From contig CAXXXY010000007.1 in the NCBI GenBank assembly GCA_963667515.2, forward strand, positions 137,393 through 201,392: a stretch of DNA of 64,000 bases. The letters are read 5' to 3'. This document shows, piece by piece, positions 1-8,445 of this stretch. The stretch's first letter is position 1; every line of letters begins with the position of its first letter. The DNA is from Dehalococcoidia bacterium (GTDB lineage: Bacteria > Chloroflexota > Dehalococcoidia > UBA2979). A program made the position numbers and the translations under genes. The notes under the pieces are model-generated. The model was not told the DNA's origin, made no database searches, and saw only the letters and a program-made list of their open reading frames with translations.

Positions 1-1000
1 CCGCGCTCGCGGCCACGCTGGTGCGCGACCCGGCGGAGCGCCCCCTCTTCGACGCGCTCTTCGAGCAGCTGTGGTCGGGGCGCGAGCCGCCGCCGGCCGC
101 GCTCGCCCCGCCGCGCGAGCTACCCGCGGGGCAGCGCCGGCCGGAGCCCGCGGGCCGTGTGCAGCGCGCCGCCGTCGAGGGCGAGCTCTACGCGGGTGGC
201 GAGGCGCGGCCCGCGCCGTCCGCGAGCGAGCGCGCCTACAGCGGGCAGGACCTCGTCACCAGCCGCGACTTCTCGCAGCTGCGGCCGGAGGAGCTGGCGG
301 CGGTGCGGCGGCGAATCCGCGCGCTCGCCCCGCGCCTCGCCAGCGCGCTCTCGCGCCGGCGCTGCGCCGCGCGGCTCGGTCGCGGCGTTGACCTGCGCCG
401 CTCGATGCGCCGCGCGGCGCGCCGCCACGGTGAGACTGCGCGAGCTGGAGCGCACTCGCCGCCGCCGCACGCGGCTCGTGGTGCTCGCCGACGTCTCGGG
501 CTCGATGGACCTCTACTCGCGCTTCCTGGTGCAGTTCCTCTACGGCCTCCAGCAGGAGCTGCGCGGCGTCTCCACCTTCGTCTTCTCCACGCGGCTGTTC
601 GAGGTGACGCCGATGCTGCGCGCGCTCCTTCGACGCGGCGCTGCGGCTGGTGGCGCAGTCCGTGGATGGCTGGAGCGGCGGCACGCAGATCGGCGCCGCG
701 CTGGCGGACTTCAACCGCCGCTACGGGCGCGAGCGCGTGGGCCGCGACACGGTGCTGATCGTGCTCTCGGACGGCTGGGACCGCGGCGACGCGGAGAGCG
801 TGGGGCGCGAGATGGCGCTGCTGCACCGCCGCGCGCGCCGCGTGATCTGGCTGAACCCGCTGCTGGGCTCGCCGGGCTACCGGCCGCTCGCGGGCGGGAT
901 GGCGGCGGCGCTGCCGCACTGCGACGAGTTTCTGCCCGCGCACAACGTCGACTCGCTGGTGGCGCTCGGGCGGCGGCTGCTCGCGCTGGCCGCGAGCTAG
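1..1000 (+). pseudogene. VWA-domain CoxE-like protein; 5' end outside window; reading frame broken twice
   Basis: Conserved CoxE/VWA blocks lie in three successive frames: RDFSQLRPEELAAVRRRI (frame of nt 21), RLVVLADVSGSMDLYSRFLVQFLYGLQQ (frame of nt 157), DGWSGGTQIGAALADFNRRY..VLSDGWDRGD..IWLNPL (frame of nt 650). Frame switches occur near nt 428-435 and nt 625. TAG stop at 998-1000. Confidence 0.75.
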
Positions 1001-2052
1001 CTGTAGTTCCCACGTAGGTTGTTGACAGGATGAGGGGCCTCGCCCGCTGCTGTGTGTGACAGCACGGCAGTAGCGAGGAGAGGACACCCTCATGGCCCAT
1101 CGTAACGCGCGGCTGACGCCGCTGACCCGACTCGAGCTCGTGCGGGAAGTGGACGCCGGCTGGCCCCAGGCTGAGGTCGCTCGCCACTTCCGCGTCTCCC
1201 GCCACACCGTTGCCAAGTGGCTGGGGCGCTTCCGGGCGGAGGGAGCGGCAGGGCTCGAGGACCGCAGCTCCGCCCCGCGCGCGCATCCCCGGCGCACGCC
1301 GCCCGAGCTGGAGCGACGCATCTGCGCCGTGCGACGCACGCAGGGATTCGGGCCGCATCGCATCCAGTGGGCGCTCGGGGTCGCCCGCTCCACGGTCTAC
1401 GCCGTGCTGCGGCGCCGCGGCCTCAACCGGCTCGACCGCCTGCACCGCGTCACCCGGGAGCCGGTCCGCTACGAGCACGACGCCCCCGGCGACCTGCTGC
1501 ATCTCGACGTGAAGAAGCTCGGGCGCGTCCCCGAGGGCGGCGGCAAGCGAATGGCGCCTGGCTTCGCCGAGACGCGCTCCGGGCCGCATTCGCGGCGTTC
1601 GCTGGGGCTGGAGTACCTACACGTCGCCGTCGACGACCACAGCCGTTACGCCTACGTCTCCGTCCTGCCCGACGAGCGTGGCGCGAGCTGCGCCGCCTTC
1701 CTCGAGCAGGCGCTCGCGGCCTTCCGCCGGCGTGGCGTGCGCGTGCGCCGGGTCCTGACCGACAACGCGAAAGCCTACACCGTCGCCCGCAGCTTCCACG
1801 GCGCCGCCGCTGCCGCAGACGTGCGGCTGTCGCACACGCGGCCCTACCGCCCGCAGACGAACGGCAAAGCCGAGCGTTTCATCCAGATCCTGCAGAACGA
1901 GTGGGCCTACGCCCGCCCCTACCGCTCCAACGCCGAGCGGCTGCGCCAGCTCCCACGCTGGCTCTACCGCTACAATCACCGCCGACCGCACGGCGGCGTC
2001 GGCGGGGCCGTCCCCGCCTCCCGCCTGTGAACAACCTTCCTGGGTAGTACAG
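1001..2052 (+). mobile_element. IS481-family insertion sequence, copy 1 (1052 bp)
   Basis: Imperfect ~29-bp terminal inverted repeats: CTGTAGTTCCCACGTAGGTTGTTGACAGG at the left end, and the reverse complement of CCTGTGAACAACCTTCCTGGGTAGTACAG at the right end (24/29 match). CTAG on both flanks (997-1000, 2053-2056). Single DDE transposase ORF. Same unit recurs at 6317, 19691, 22145 and 48934. Confidence 0.93.
1092..2030 (+). CDS. IS481-family DDE transposase (312 aa)
   Basis: N-terminal HTH (LTPLTRLELVREVDAGWPQAEVARHFRVSRHTVAKWL). Integrase-core region with HLDVKKL, VAVDDHSRYAYV, VLTDNAKAY, RPYRPQTNGKAERFIQILQNEWAY. Confidence 0.93.
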   Translation: MAHRNARLTPLTRLELVREVDAGWPQAEVARHFRVSRHTVAKWLGRFRAEGAAGLEDRSSAPRAHPRRTPPELERRICAVRRTQGFGPHRIQWALGVARSTVYAVLRRRGLNRLDRLHRVTREPVRYEHDAPGDLLHLDVKKLGRVPEGGGKRMAPGFAETRSGPHSRRSLGLEYLHVAVDDHSRYAYVSVLPDERGASCAAFLEQALAAFRRRGVRVRRVLTDNAKAYTVARSFHGAAAAADVRLSHTRPYRPQTNGKAERFIQILQNEWAYARPYRSNAERLRQLPRWLYRYNHRRPHGGVGGAVPASRL

Positions 2053-2257
2053 CTAGCCGCCGCGAGCCGGGGGCCGGGGGCGGGGGCCGCGGGCGGGGGA
2101 CGCGGGCGAGGCGCGAGCCGCGAGCGAGGCGCGGCGGGCGGGGCGGGCGGAATCCGCTTCGCGCGGGCGCTCGTACAGTGGAGGCGTGGCCGAGGGCTGC
2201 GCGTCCGGAGAGCGCCCCCGGCGCGCCCCATTCCGGCGGCGCGCTTCGGGGGCGCGG

Positions 2258-2266
2258 TGATACGAT
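2258..2266 (+). promoter_or_regulatory. Possible extended -10 element (TGaTACGAT) upstream of tatA
   Basis: TGATACGAT lies about 85 nt upstream of the tatA start. No clear -35. Confidence 0.3.
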
Positions 2267-2350
2267 GCGGGGTGCCGCGCCCGGTCGCGCGAGCGGCCGG
2301 CACGGCTCGCCGGGGCAGCACCCGCCGACGCGGGGAGTAGGGACGGACCG

Positions 2351-2599
2351 ATGATCGGAAGCCTGGGCTGGCAAGAACTGCTCATCATCCTCGTGATCCT
2401 CGCGCTGCTGTTCGGCGCGTCGCGCGTGGCGGGCCTCGGCGGTGCGCTGGGCAAGGGCATCCGCGAGTTCCGCCGCGAGGCGCGTGGCGAGGACGAGGGC
2501 GACGGCGACGGCTCGGGCGGCGACTCGGGCGACGGCGCCGCCTCCGGGAGCACCTCCAGCGGCGGCTCCTCCTCCAGCGACAAGGGCGGCAGTAGCTAG
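2351..2599 (+). CDS. tatA: Twin-arginine translocase subunit TatA/E
   Basis: [37 protein letters not shown] is a typical TatA TM helix plus amphipathic helix. Acidic/Gly/Ser tail. Confidence 0.85.
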   Translation: MIGSLGWQELLIILVILALLFGASRVAGLGGALGKGIREFRREARGEDEGDGDGSGGDSGDGAASGSTSSGGSSSSDKGGSS

Positions 2600-2746
2600 C
2601 GGCGCCCGCTCGGCGCGCCCCGGCCCTGCGCCGGATCGCGCCACGGTGACGTGCTAGCGTGCGGCGCGCGGCCACTGGCCGCGCGCTTTCGCGTCCAGCG
2701 CCGCGTCGCCCGCGGCGACCGCGGCGACCGCCGCCAGGGGAGCACC

Positions 2747-3757
2747 GTGGAGATCGTCGCCGGCCTGCATCAGATCAAGACGCCGATGCCACGGCCGGAG
2801 CTCCCCTACGTCTTCGCCTATCTCTTCGAGGGCGCAGACGGCGTCACCCTCTTCGACTCCGGCTTCGGCACGCCCGAGGCGACGGCGGCGCTGACCGCAG
2901 GGCTCGCCGCGCTCGGGCACGAGCCCGCCGAGGTGCGGCGGCTGATCATCTCGCACGGCCACCCCGACCACTACGGCATGGCGGGCTGGGTGAAGGAGCG
3001 CGCGCCCGGCTGCGAGCTGGTGATGCTGGAGCAGGAGTGGAGCTGGCTGCTCGCGCGCGAAGGCACGCCTGAGGAGTGGATGCGCCGCTCCGATCTGTGG
3101 CTGACTCGGCACGGCATGGGCGATGACGAGATCGACGCGGGTCACCGCGCGGAGGAGGCCTCGGGCCGCGGCCGCATGGGCTCCTGGGAGAACGTCGAGC
3201 CCGACACGCTGATCACCGACGGCGAGCTGCTCGCCTTCGACGGCTGGGAGCTGGAGGCGGTCTGGACGCCGGGCCACACCCCCGGCCACCTCTGCATGTT
3301 CGAGCGCCGGCACCGGCTAATGCTGACCGGCGACCACGTGCTGCCCCACATCTCGCCCAACGTCTCGCTGCACGCCGAGCAGGAGGGCGCGAGCCCGCTG
3401 GTCGACTTCCGGCGCTCGCTGGAGCGCGTCGCCACCTACGACAGCGCGCTGGGGCTGCCCGCGCACGAGTTCACGATCGCCGACCTGCCGGGGCGCTGCC
3501 GCGAGCTGCTGCACCACCACGACGAGCGGCTGGACGAGGTGACGGCCGCCGTCGCCGTCGCGCCCCCCGAGCGCGGAGCCACGGCGCGCGAGGTCGCTGA
3601 GCGCGTGCACTGGAACACCGGCGCCTTCGCCGACTTCCCGTTGATGATGCAGCGCTCGGCGATCGGCGAGACGCTCTCGCACCTCCAGCTGCTCGCCGAC
3701 GACGGCCGCCTCGCCCGCGTCGAGGACGGCGACGACGCGGTCCACTGGCGCGCCTGA
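2747..3757 (+). CDS. MBL-fold metallo-hydrolase
   Basis: HGHPDHYGMAGW (HxHxDH) and TPGHTPGH motifs. GTG at 2747 is preceded by GGGGAG. The ORF is open from 2651. Confidence 0.8.
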   Translation: MEIVAGLHQIKTPMPRPELPYVFAYLFEGADGVTLFDSGFGTPEATAALTAGLAALGHEPAEVRRLIISHGHPDHYGMAGWVKERAPGCELVMLEQEWSWLLAREGTPEEWMRRSDLWLTRHGMGDDEIDAGHRAEEASGRGRMGSWENVEPDTLITDGELLAFDGWELEAVWTPGHTPGHLCMFERRHRLMLTGDHVLPHISPNVSLHAEQEGASPLVDFRRSLERVATYDSALGLPAHEFTIADLPGRCRELLHHHDERLDEVTAAVAVAPPERGATAREVAERVHWNTGAFADFPLMMQRSAIGETLSHLQLLADDGRLARVEDGDDAVHWRA

Positions 3758-3776
3758 TCCTTTCGGACGGGCTGCC

Positions 3777-3814
3777 GGCAGCGTTCCGCTGCACCGCGGT
3801 GGCTGCCGCTGCTC
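3777..3814 (-). repeat. 38-nt dispersed repeat unit (reverse orientation), locus 1 left
   Basis: Reverse complement GAGCAGCGGCAGCCACCGCGGTGCAGCGGAACGCTGCC matches the family consensus GAGGAGCGGCAGCCC-N5/6-GTGCAGCGGAACGCTGCC. Contains the hairpin GCAGCG-TTC-CGCTGC. Confidence 0.85.
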
Positions 3815-3926
3815 GCGGACCGCGCCCGTCTCCGCTTCGACCCGCCGAGCGCGCTCGGGCCTGGCCACCGGCGTCGCCGCGCCCTCTTCGGCGCTACCCC
3901 CGCGCATGGATGTAGGCGCACTCTCC

Positions 3927-3964
3927 GAGGAGCGGCAGCCCGTGCGGTGCAGCGGAACGCTGCC
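3927..3964 (+). repeat. 38-nt dispersed repeat unit (forward), locus 1 right
   Basis: GAGGAGCGGCAGCCCGTGCGGTGCAGCGGAACGCTGCC. Forms an inverted pair with 3777-3814, with a 112-bp spacer. Confidence 0.85.
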
Positions 3965-3980
3965 GTGGGAGAATCGAGCG

Positions 3981-5525
3981 GTGAGCAGCGAGATCGGGCC
4001 GCGGGAGCGCGCCGCCGCGCTGGCCGGGCGCGCCGCGGGCGTGCTGGCGCGTCGCGCCGGGCGCGGAGGAGGCACCGCGCTGCCCGGCCTCGTCGCGGGC
4101 CGGCTCGCGCCGCGGCTGCTGGAGCGCGCGGCCTCGACGCTTGAGCATGGCGTGCTCTGCGTCTCCGGCACCAACGGCAAGACCACCACCACCCACCTGC
4201 TCACCGCGATCGCGGCGGGCGCGGGGCTCGACCCGCTGACGAATGGATCGGGCTCGAACCTCGAGCGCGGGCTGCTCGCGGCGTTCGTCGAGGCGGGCGG
4301 GCGCGCGGGCGCGCTCGACGGCGCGGGCCGCGTTGGCCTGCTTGAGGTCGACGAGGCCGTGCTGCCGCTGCTGCTGCCGCGCCTCCGCCCGCGCGTCGTG
4401 GTGCTGCTCAACCTCTTTCGCGACCAGCTCGATCGCTACGGCGAGGTCGACTCCGTCGCCGGGGGCTGGCGGCGCATGCTCGCCGAAGCGGAGCGCCCGC
4501 CCACGCTGGTGCTCAACGCTGACGATCCCGCCGTCGCGATGCTCGCCGAGGAGGTCGAGGGGCGGCCGGGCGCGCGCGTGATCCGTTTCGGCGTCGAGGC
4601 GCCGAGTGGCGCGGCGGCAGGCGGGGCGGCGCCCCGCGCGGTCGCCGGCGGCGCCGTCGATGCGCGCTTCTGCCGCTGCGGCGCGCGCCTCGCGCACGAC
4701 ACGCTGCTACTGGGCCACCTCGGCGCGTGGCGCTGCCCCTCGTGCGGTCGCGCGCGGCCGGCGCCCGAGGTGGAGGCGGGCGCTGTCGTGCTGACCGCCG
4801 CCGGCGCGAGCTTCGAGCTGCGCGCGCGTCTCTCCGGCGCCGGGCTGCAGCGCGCCCGCGTCGAGCTGCAGCTGGCGGGGCTGCACTCCGTCTACAACGC
4901 GCTCGCGGCGGCGGCGGGCGCGCTCGCGCTCGGCGTCTCGCCGCTCGCCGCCGCGCACGCGCTGGCGGGCGCGCGGCCCGCCTTCGGGCGGCAGGAGGCG
5001 TTCGCCGTCGAGGGGCGCGAGGTGCGGCTGCTGCTGGCGAAGAACCCGACGGGGCTCTCCGAGGTGGTGCGCACGTTGACCGCCGAGGCGCCCGCTGGCG
5101 AGGATGCGCCCGCGCCGGCGGACGCGCCCGCGCTGCACCTGCTGCTCGCGCTGAACGACGGCGTGCAGGACGGCCGCGACACCTCGTGGATCTACGACGC
5201 GGAGCTGGAGGCGCTCGCGGGGCGCGTCGCGCACCTCGTGGCCTCGGGGCTGCGGGCGGACGACATGGCGCTGCGGCTGCTGCTGGCGCGGGTGCGCTCC
5301 GACCTCGTCGAGCCGCAGCTGGAGACGGCGCTCGACGCGGCGCTCGCCGCGACCCCGGCGGGCGGCTCGCTCTCGGTGGTCGCGACCTACACGGCAATGC
5401 TCGTGCTGCGCGAGGAGCTCGCGCGTCGCGCCGGCCGCGCGCACTACTGGGAGCGCGACGGCGACGCCGAGGCGGCGGCGGGCGCGGGTGCAGGCGCCGC
5501 CGCCGCCCGGGACGAGCGACGGTGA
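3981..5525 (+). CDS. murT: Lipid II isoglutaminyl synthase subunit MurT (Mur-ligase-like)
   Basis: VSGTNGKTTTTHLL P-loop. Cys-rich insert CRCGARLAHDTLLLGHLGAWRCPSCG. Translationally coupled to a GatD-type amidotransferase. GTG at 3981 fits the usual MurT N-terminus. The ORF is open from 3906. Confidence 0.85.
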   Translation: MSSEIGPRERAAALAGRAAGVLARRAGRGGGTALPGLVAGRLAPRLLERAASTLEHGVLCVSGTNGKTTTTHLLTAIAAGAGLDPLTNGSGSNLERGLLAAFVEAGGRAGALDGAGRVGLLEVDEAVLPLLLPRLRPRVVVLLNLFRDQLDRYGEVDSVAGGWRRMLAEAERPPTLVLNADDPAVAMLAEEVEGRPGARVIRFGVEAPSGAAAGGAAPRAVAGGAVDARFCRCGARLAHDTLLLGHLGAWRCPSCGRARPAPEVEAGAVVLTAAGASFELRARLSGAGLQRARVELQLAGLHSVYNALAAAAGALALGVSPLAAAHALAGARPAFGRQEAFAVEGREVRLLLAKNPTGLSEVVRTLTAEAPAGEDAPAPADAPALHLLLALNDGVQDGRDTSWIYDAELEALAGRVAHLVASGLRADDMALRLLLARVRSDLVEPQLETALDAALAATPAGGSLSVVATYTAMLVLREELARRAGRAHYWERDGDAEAAAGAGAGAAAARDERR

Positions 5526-6316
5526 GCGCCGCCCCCGATGGCCGCGCCGCGGCCGGCCTCCCGGCGGTGCGCGTCGTCTCGCTCTACCCGGACGTGATGG
5601 ATGTCTACGCCGACGGCGGCAACCTGATCGCGCTGGCGGCTCGCTGCCGGCGACGCGGCATCGAGCTCGAGTGCATCGACGTGAGCCTGGGCGACGCGCT
5701 ACCCGCGGCCGCCGACCTCGTGCTGATCGGCGGCGGGCAGGACCGCGAGCAGACGCGCGTGGCGCCCGAGCTCGCCGCGCACGGCGCGCGGCTGCGGGCG
5801 TGGCGCGACGAGGGCGTGGCAATGCTCGCGGTCTGCGGCGGCTACCAGCTCTTCGGCCGCGACTACCGCACGTCGGCGGGCGTCGAGCTGCCGGGCGCTG
5901 CCGTCTTCGACGTGACGACCGTGGCGCCCGCCCCCGGCGAGCCGCGCCACGTCGGCGAGGTGCTCGCCCACTGCGCACTTCCCGAGGGGGGCGAGCTCGC
6001 CGGCTTCGAGAACCACGCGGGGCGCAGCTACCTCGGTCCCGGCGCTCGCCCCTTCGCGCGCGTCGAGCGCGGGCGCGGCAACAACGGCGAGGACGGCACC
6101 GAGGGCGCGCTGGCCGCCGAAGCGATCGGCACCTACCTGCACGGGCCGCTGCTGCCTCGACACCCCGCGCTCGCCGATCGGCTGCTCGCGGCCGCGCTGC
6201 GCCACCGCTACGGCGAGGGCGCCCCCCCGCTGGAGCCGCTCGCCGACCCCTACGCCGCGGCGGCGCACCGCGTCGCCGCCCGCGTCGCACGCAAGCGCGG
6301 CGTGCCCCCGCCCTAG
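5522..6316 (+). CDS. gatD: CobQ/GatD-type glutamine amidotransferase (MurT partner)
   Basis: LIGGGQDREQ, AVCGGYQLFG (catalytic Cys), GFENHAGRSYLG, GTYLHGPLLPRHP. GTGA overlap with the murT stop. TAG stop 6314-6316. Confidence 0.85.
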   Translation: MSAAPDGRAAAGLPAVRVVSLYPDVMDVYADGGNLIALAARCRRRGIELECIDVSLGDALPAAADLVLIGGGQDREQTRVAPELAAHGARLRAWRDEGVAMLAVCGGYQLFGRDYRTSAGVELPGAAVFDVTTVAPAPGEPRHVGEVLAHCALPEGGELAGFENHAGRSYLGPGARPFARVERGRGNNGEDGTEGALAAEAIGTYLHGPLLPRHPALADRLLAAALRHRYGEGAPPLEPLADPYAAAAHRVAARVARKRGVPPP

Positions 6317-7368
6317 CTGTAGTTCCCACGTAGGTTGTTGACAGGATGAGGGGCCTCGCCCGCTGCTGTGTGTGACAGCACGGCAGTAGCGAGGAGAGGA
6401 CACCCTCATGGCCCATCGTAACGCGCGGCTGACGCCGCTGACCCGACTCGAGCTCGTGCGGGAAGTGGACGCCGGCTGGCCCCAGGCTGAGGTCGCTCGC
6501 CACTTCCGCGTCTCCCGCCACACCGTTGCCAAGTGGCTGGGGCGCTTCCGGGCGGAGGGAGCGGCAGGGCTCGAGGACCGCAGCTCCGCCCCGCGCGCGC
6601 ATCCCCGGCGCACGCCGCCCGAGCTGGAGCGACGCATCTGCGCCGTGCGACGCACGCAGGGATTCGGGCCGCATCGCATCCAGTGGGCGCTCGGGGTCGC
6701 CCGCTCCACGGTCTACGCCGTGCTGCGGCGCCGCGGCCTCAACCGGCTCGACCGCCTGCACCGCGTCACCCGGGAGCCGGTCCGCTACGAGCACGACGCC
6801 CCCGGCGACCTGCTGCATCTCGACGTGAAGAAGCTCGGGCGCGTCCCCGAGGGCGGCGGCAAGCGAATGGCGTCTGGCTTCGCCGAGACGCGCTCCGGGC
6901 CGCATTCGCGGCGTTCGCTGGGGCTGGAGTACCTACACGTCGCCGTCGACGACCACAGCCGTTACGCCTACGTCTCCGTCCTGCCCGACGAGCGTGGCGC
7001 GAGCTGCGCCGCCTTCCTCGAGCAGGCGCTCGCGGCCTTCCGCCGGCGTGGCGTGCGCGTGCGCCGGGTCCTGACCGACAACGCGAAGGCCTACACCGTC
7101 GCCCGCAGCTTCCACGGCGCCGCCGCTGCCGCAGACGTGCGGCTGTCGCACACGCGGCCCTACCGCCCGCAGACGAACGGCAAAGCCGAGCGTTTCATCC
7201 AGATCCTGCAGAACGAGTGGGCCTACGCCCGCCCCTACCGCTCCAACGCCGAGCGGCTGCGCCAGCTCCCACGCTGGCTCTACCGCTACAATCACCGCCG
7301 ACCGCACGGCGGCGTCGGCGGGGCCGTCCCCGCCTCCCGCCTGTGAACAACCTTCCTGGGTAGTACAG
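6317..7368 (+). mobile_element. IS481-family insertion sequence, copy 2 (1052 bp)
   Basis: Same ends as copy 1. CTAG at 6313-6316 (contains the gatD stop) and 7369-7372. Differs from copy 1 at only a couple of positions (for example P to S in KRMA[P/S]GFAE). Confidence 0.93.
6408..7346 (+). CDS. IS481-family DDE transposase (312 aa)
   Basis: Near-identical to 1092-2030. Confidence 0.93.
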   Translation: MAHRNARLTPLTRLELVREVDAGWPQAEVARHFRVSRHTVAKWLGRFRAEGAAGLEDRSSAPRAHPRRTPPELERRICAVRRTQGFGPHRIQWALGVARSTVYAVLRRRGLNRLDRLHRVTREPVRYEHDAPGDLLHLDVKKLGRVPEGGGKRMASGFAETRSGPHSRRSLGLEYLHVAVDDHSRYAYVSVLPDERGASCAAFLEQALAAFRRRGVRVRRVLTDNAKAYTVARSFHGAAAAADVRLSHTRPYRPQTNGKAERFIQILQNEWAYARPYRSNAERLRQLPRWLYRYNHRRPHGGVGGAVPASRL

Positions 7369-7419
7369 CTAGTCGCGAGCCCCGAACGCCGAGCCGCGAA
7401 GCCCCCGCGGCGGCGACGC

Positions 7420-8346
7420 GTGCCCGCCCCCGCGCCGCGTGCGATGATCGAGCGGGCGGCGGGGACCGGCCGGAGCAGCCGCGGGGGTGCCGTGCGACTC
7501 AGCCGACGCCGCTTGCTGGGGGGCTGCGCGCTCCTCGCGGTGCTGCTGCTGGCCGGCTGCGGCGGCGACGGCGGTGACGGCGAGGTGCGCGTCATCGCGA
7601 ACGGCACCGAGGTGGCACCCACTTCCACGTCGGCCGGCGCGACGGCCAGCGGCACGCCGGCGCCGACCCCTGCGCCGCTCCCCTTCACCCCGACCCCGCC
7701 GCCCTCGACGCTGGACCCCGAGGATCTGCGCGGCTTCCTCTATCCCCTGGAGGGCGGCTGCCTCCCCGGCTTCGACGAGCTGATGCCCAACGCCCCGCGC
7801 GAGTACCGCAACGGCGTGCACGAGGGCGTGGACTGGTACGTCGGCTCCGCCTGCGCCGCGATCGCGCTCGGCACGCGCGTCTACGCGATGCACGACGGGG
7901 TGGTCCTGCGCGCCGATCACGACTACCTCGACATCACGCTTGCGCAGGTGGAGGAGCTGCAGGCACGCACCGCCGCGCAGGGCTACACCGACCCCGAGGC
8001 GCTCGACATCTTCCGCGGGCGGCAGGTCTGGATCGATCACGGGCAGGGCGTGCTCACCCGCTACGCGCACCTCTCGGAGATCGCCGAGCGGCTCTTCGTG
8101 GGGCTCGCCGTGCGGCAAGGCGAACCGGTGGGCCTCGTCGGCGAGTCCGGCACCCCCGAGTTCGTGACCGACCCCGGCACCGAGCTGCACCTGCACGCCG
8201 AGGTGCGCGTCGGCGACAGCTTCCTGGGCGCCGGCCTGCCGCCGGCCGAGGTGCGCGCGCTCTACGAGCGGCTCTACGGCCCGCCGGCCGAGGACGCGGG
8301 TGCCGGGGGGCCGCCCCCCGAGGCGACGGCGACGCCTTCAGGCTAG
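7420..8346 (+). CDS. M23 (LytM-type) peptidase, probable lipoprotein
   Basis: Lipobox LLLAGCGG. HEGVDW (HxxxD) and ELHLHAEV (HxH) metal motifs. WIDHGQGVLTRYAHL. Start uncertain (7420 or ATG 7444). Confidence 0.8.
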   Translation: MPAPAPRAMIERAAGTGRSSRGGAVRLSRRRLLGGCALLAVLLLAGCGGDGGDGEVRVIANGTEVAPTSTSAGATASGTPAPTPAPLPFTPTPPPSTLDPEDLRGFLYPLEGGCLPGFDELMPNAPREYRNGVHEGVDWYVGSACAAIALGTRVYAMHDGVVLRADHDYLDITLAQVEELQARTAAQGYTDPEALDIFRGRQVWIDHGQGVLTRYAHLSEIAERLFVGLAVRQGEPVGLVGESGTPEFVTDPGTELHLHAEVRVGDSFLGAGLPPAEVRALYERLYGPPAEDAGAGGPPPEATATPSG

Positions 8347-8445
8347 CGCCCGGGCGGCGCCCGCCGCGAGAGGGCGCACGACGCCCCGGGGGGCGCGCGG
8401 TACCATCGTCGGGCCGCACCCGCCCACCGCCGCCTGCGAGGATCC

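Noticed and set aside
1217-2047. 276-aa, 100-aa, 292-aa and 385-aa ORFs overlapping the transposase in other frames or on the other strand. They recur in every IS copy.
   Set aside because: They repeat only because the IS repeats. Their composition is low-complexity Arg/Ala/Pro, and the 312-aa DDE transposase frame explains the element.
2069-2099. G-quadruplex-capable tract GGGGGCCGGGGGCGGGGGCCGCGGGCGGGGG next to IS copy 1. A G7-A-G7 tract also occurs at 54124-54138.
   Set aside because: G runs are expected at this base composition, and there is no evidence of function beyond sequence potential.
3947-4144. ORFs beginning MQRNAA/MQRNVA at 3947, 3794 (minus strand) and 47409.
   Set aside because: Their shared start is simply the (G/A)TGCA(G/A)CGGAACG(C/T)TGCC hairpin of the dispersed repeat read as codons. 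The downstream sequence is Arg-rich noise.
4707-6905. 732-aa minus-strand ORF. Similar very long antisense ORFs occur at 17425-19596, 29229-31454, 34569-37361, 38923-41406, 44465-46384 and 51459-53960.
   Set aside because: All are Arg/Ala/Pro/Gly-rich translations lying opposite well-conserved genes (murT/gatD, folP/folK, cytochrome b6, pgpH, purL, dnaI-like, glyA/acd). These are typical stop-poor antisense frames in very GC-rich DNA.
7340-7420. Outward-reading promoter in the right end of IS copy 2 driving the M23 peptidase gene.
   Set aside because: I found no convincing -35/-10 pair in the last 60 nt of the element. This remains a possibility only, testable by 5' RACE.
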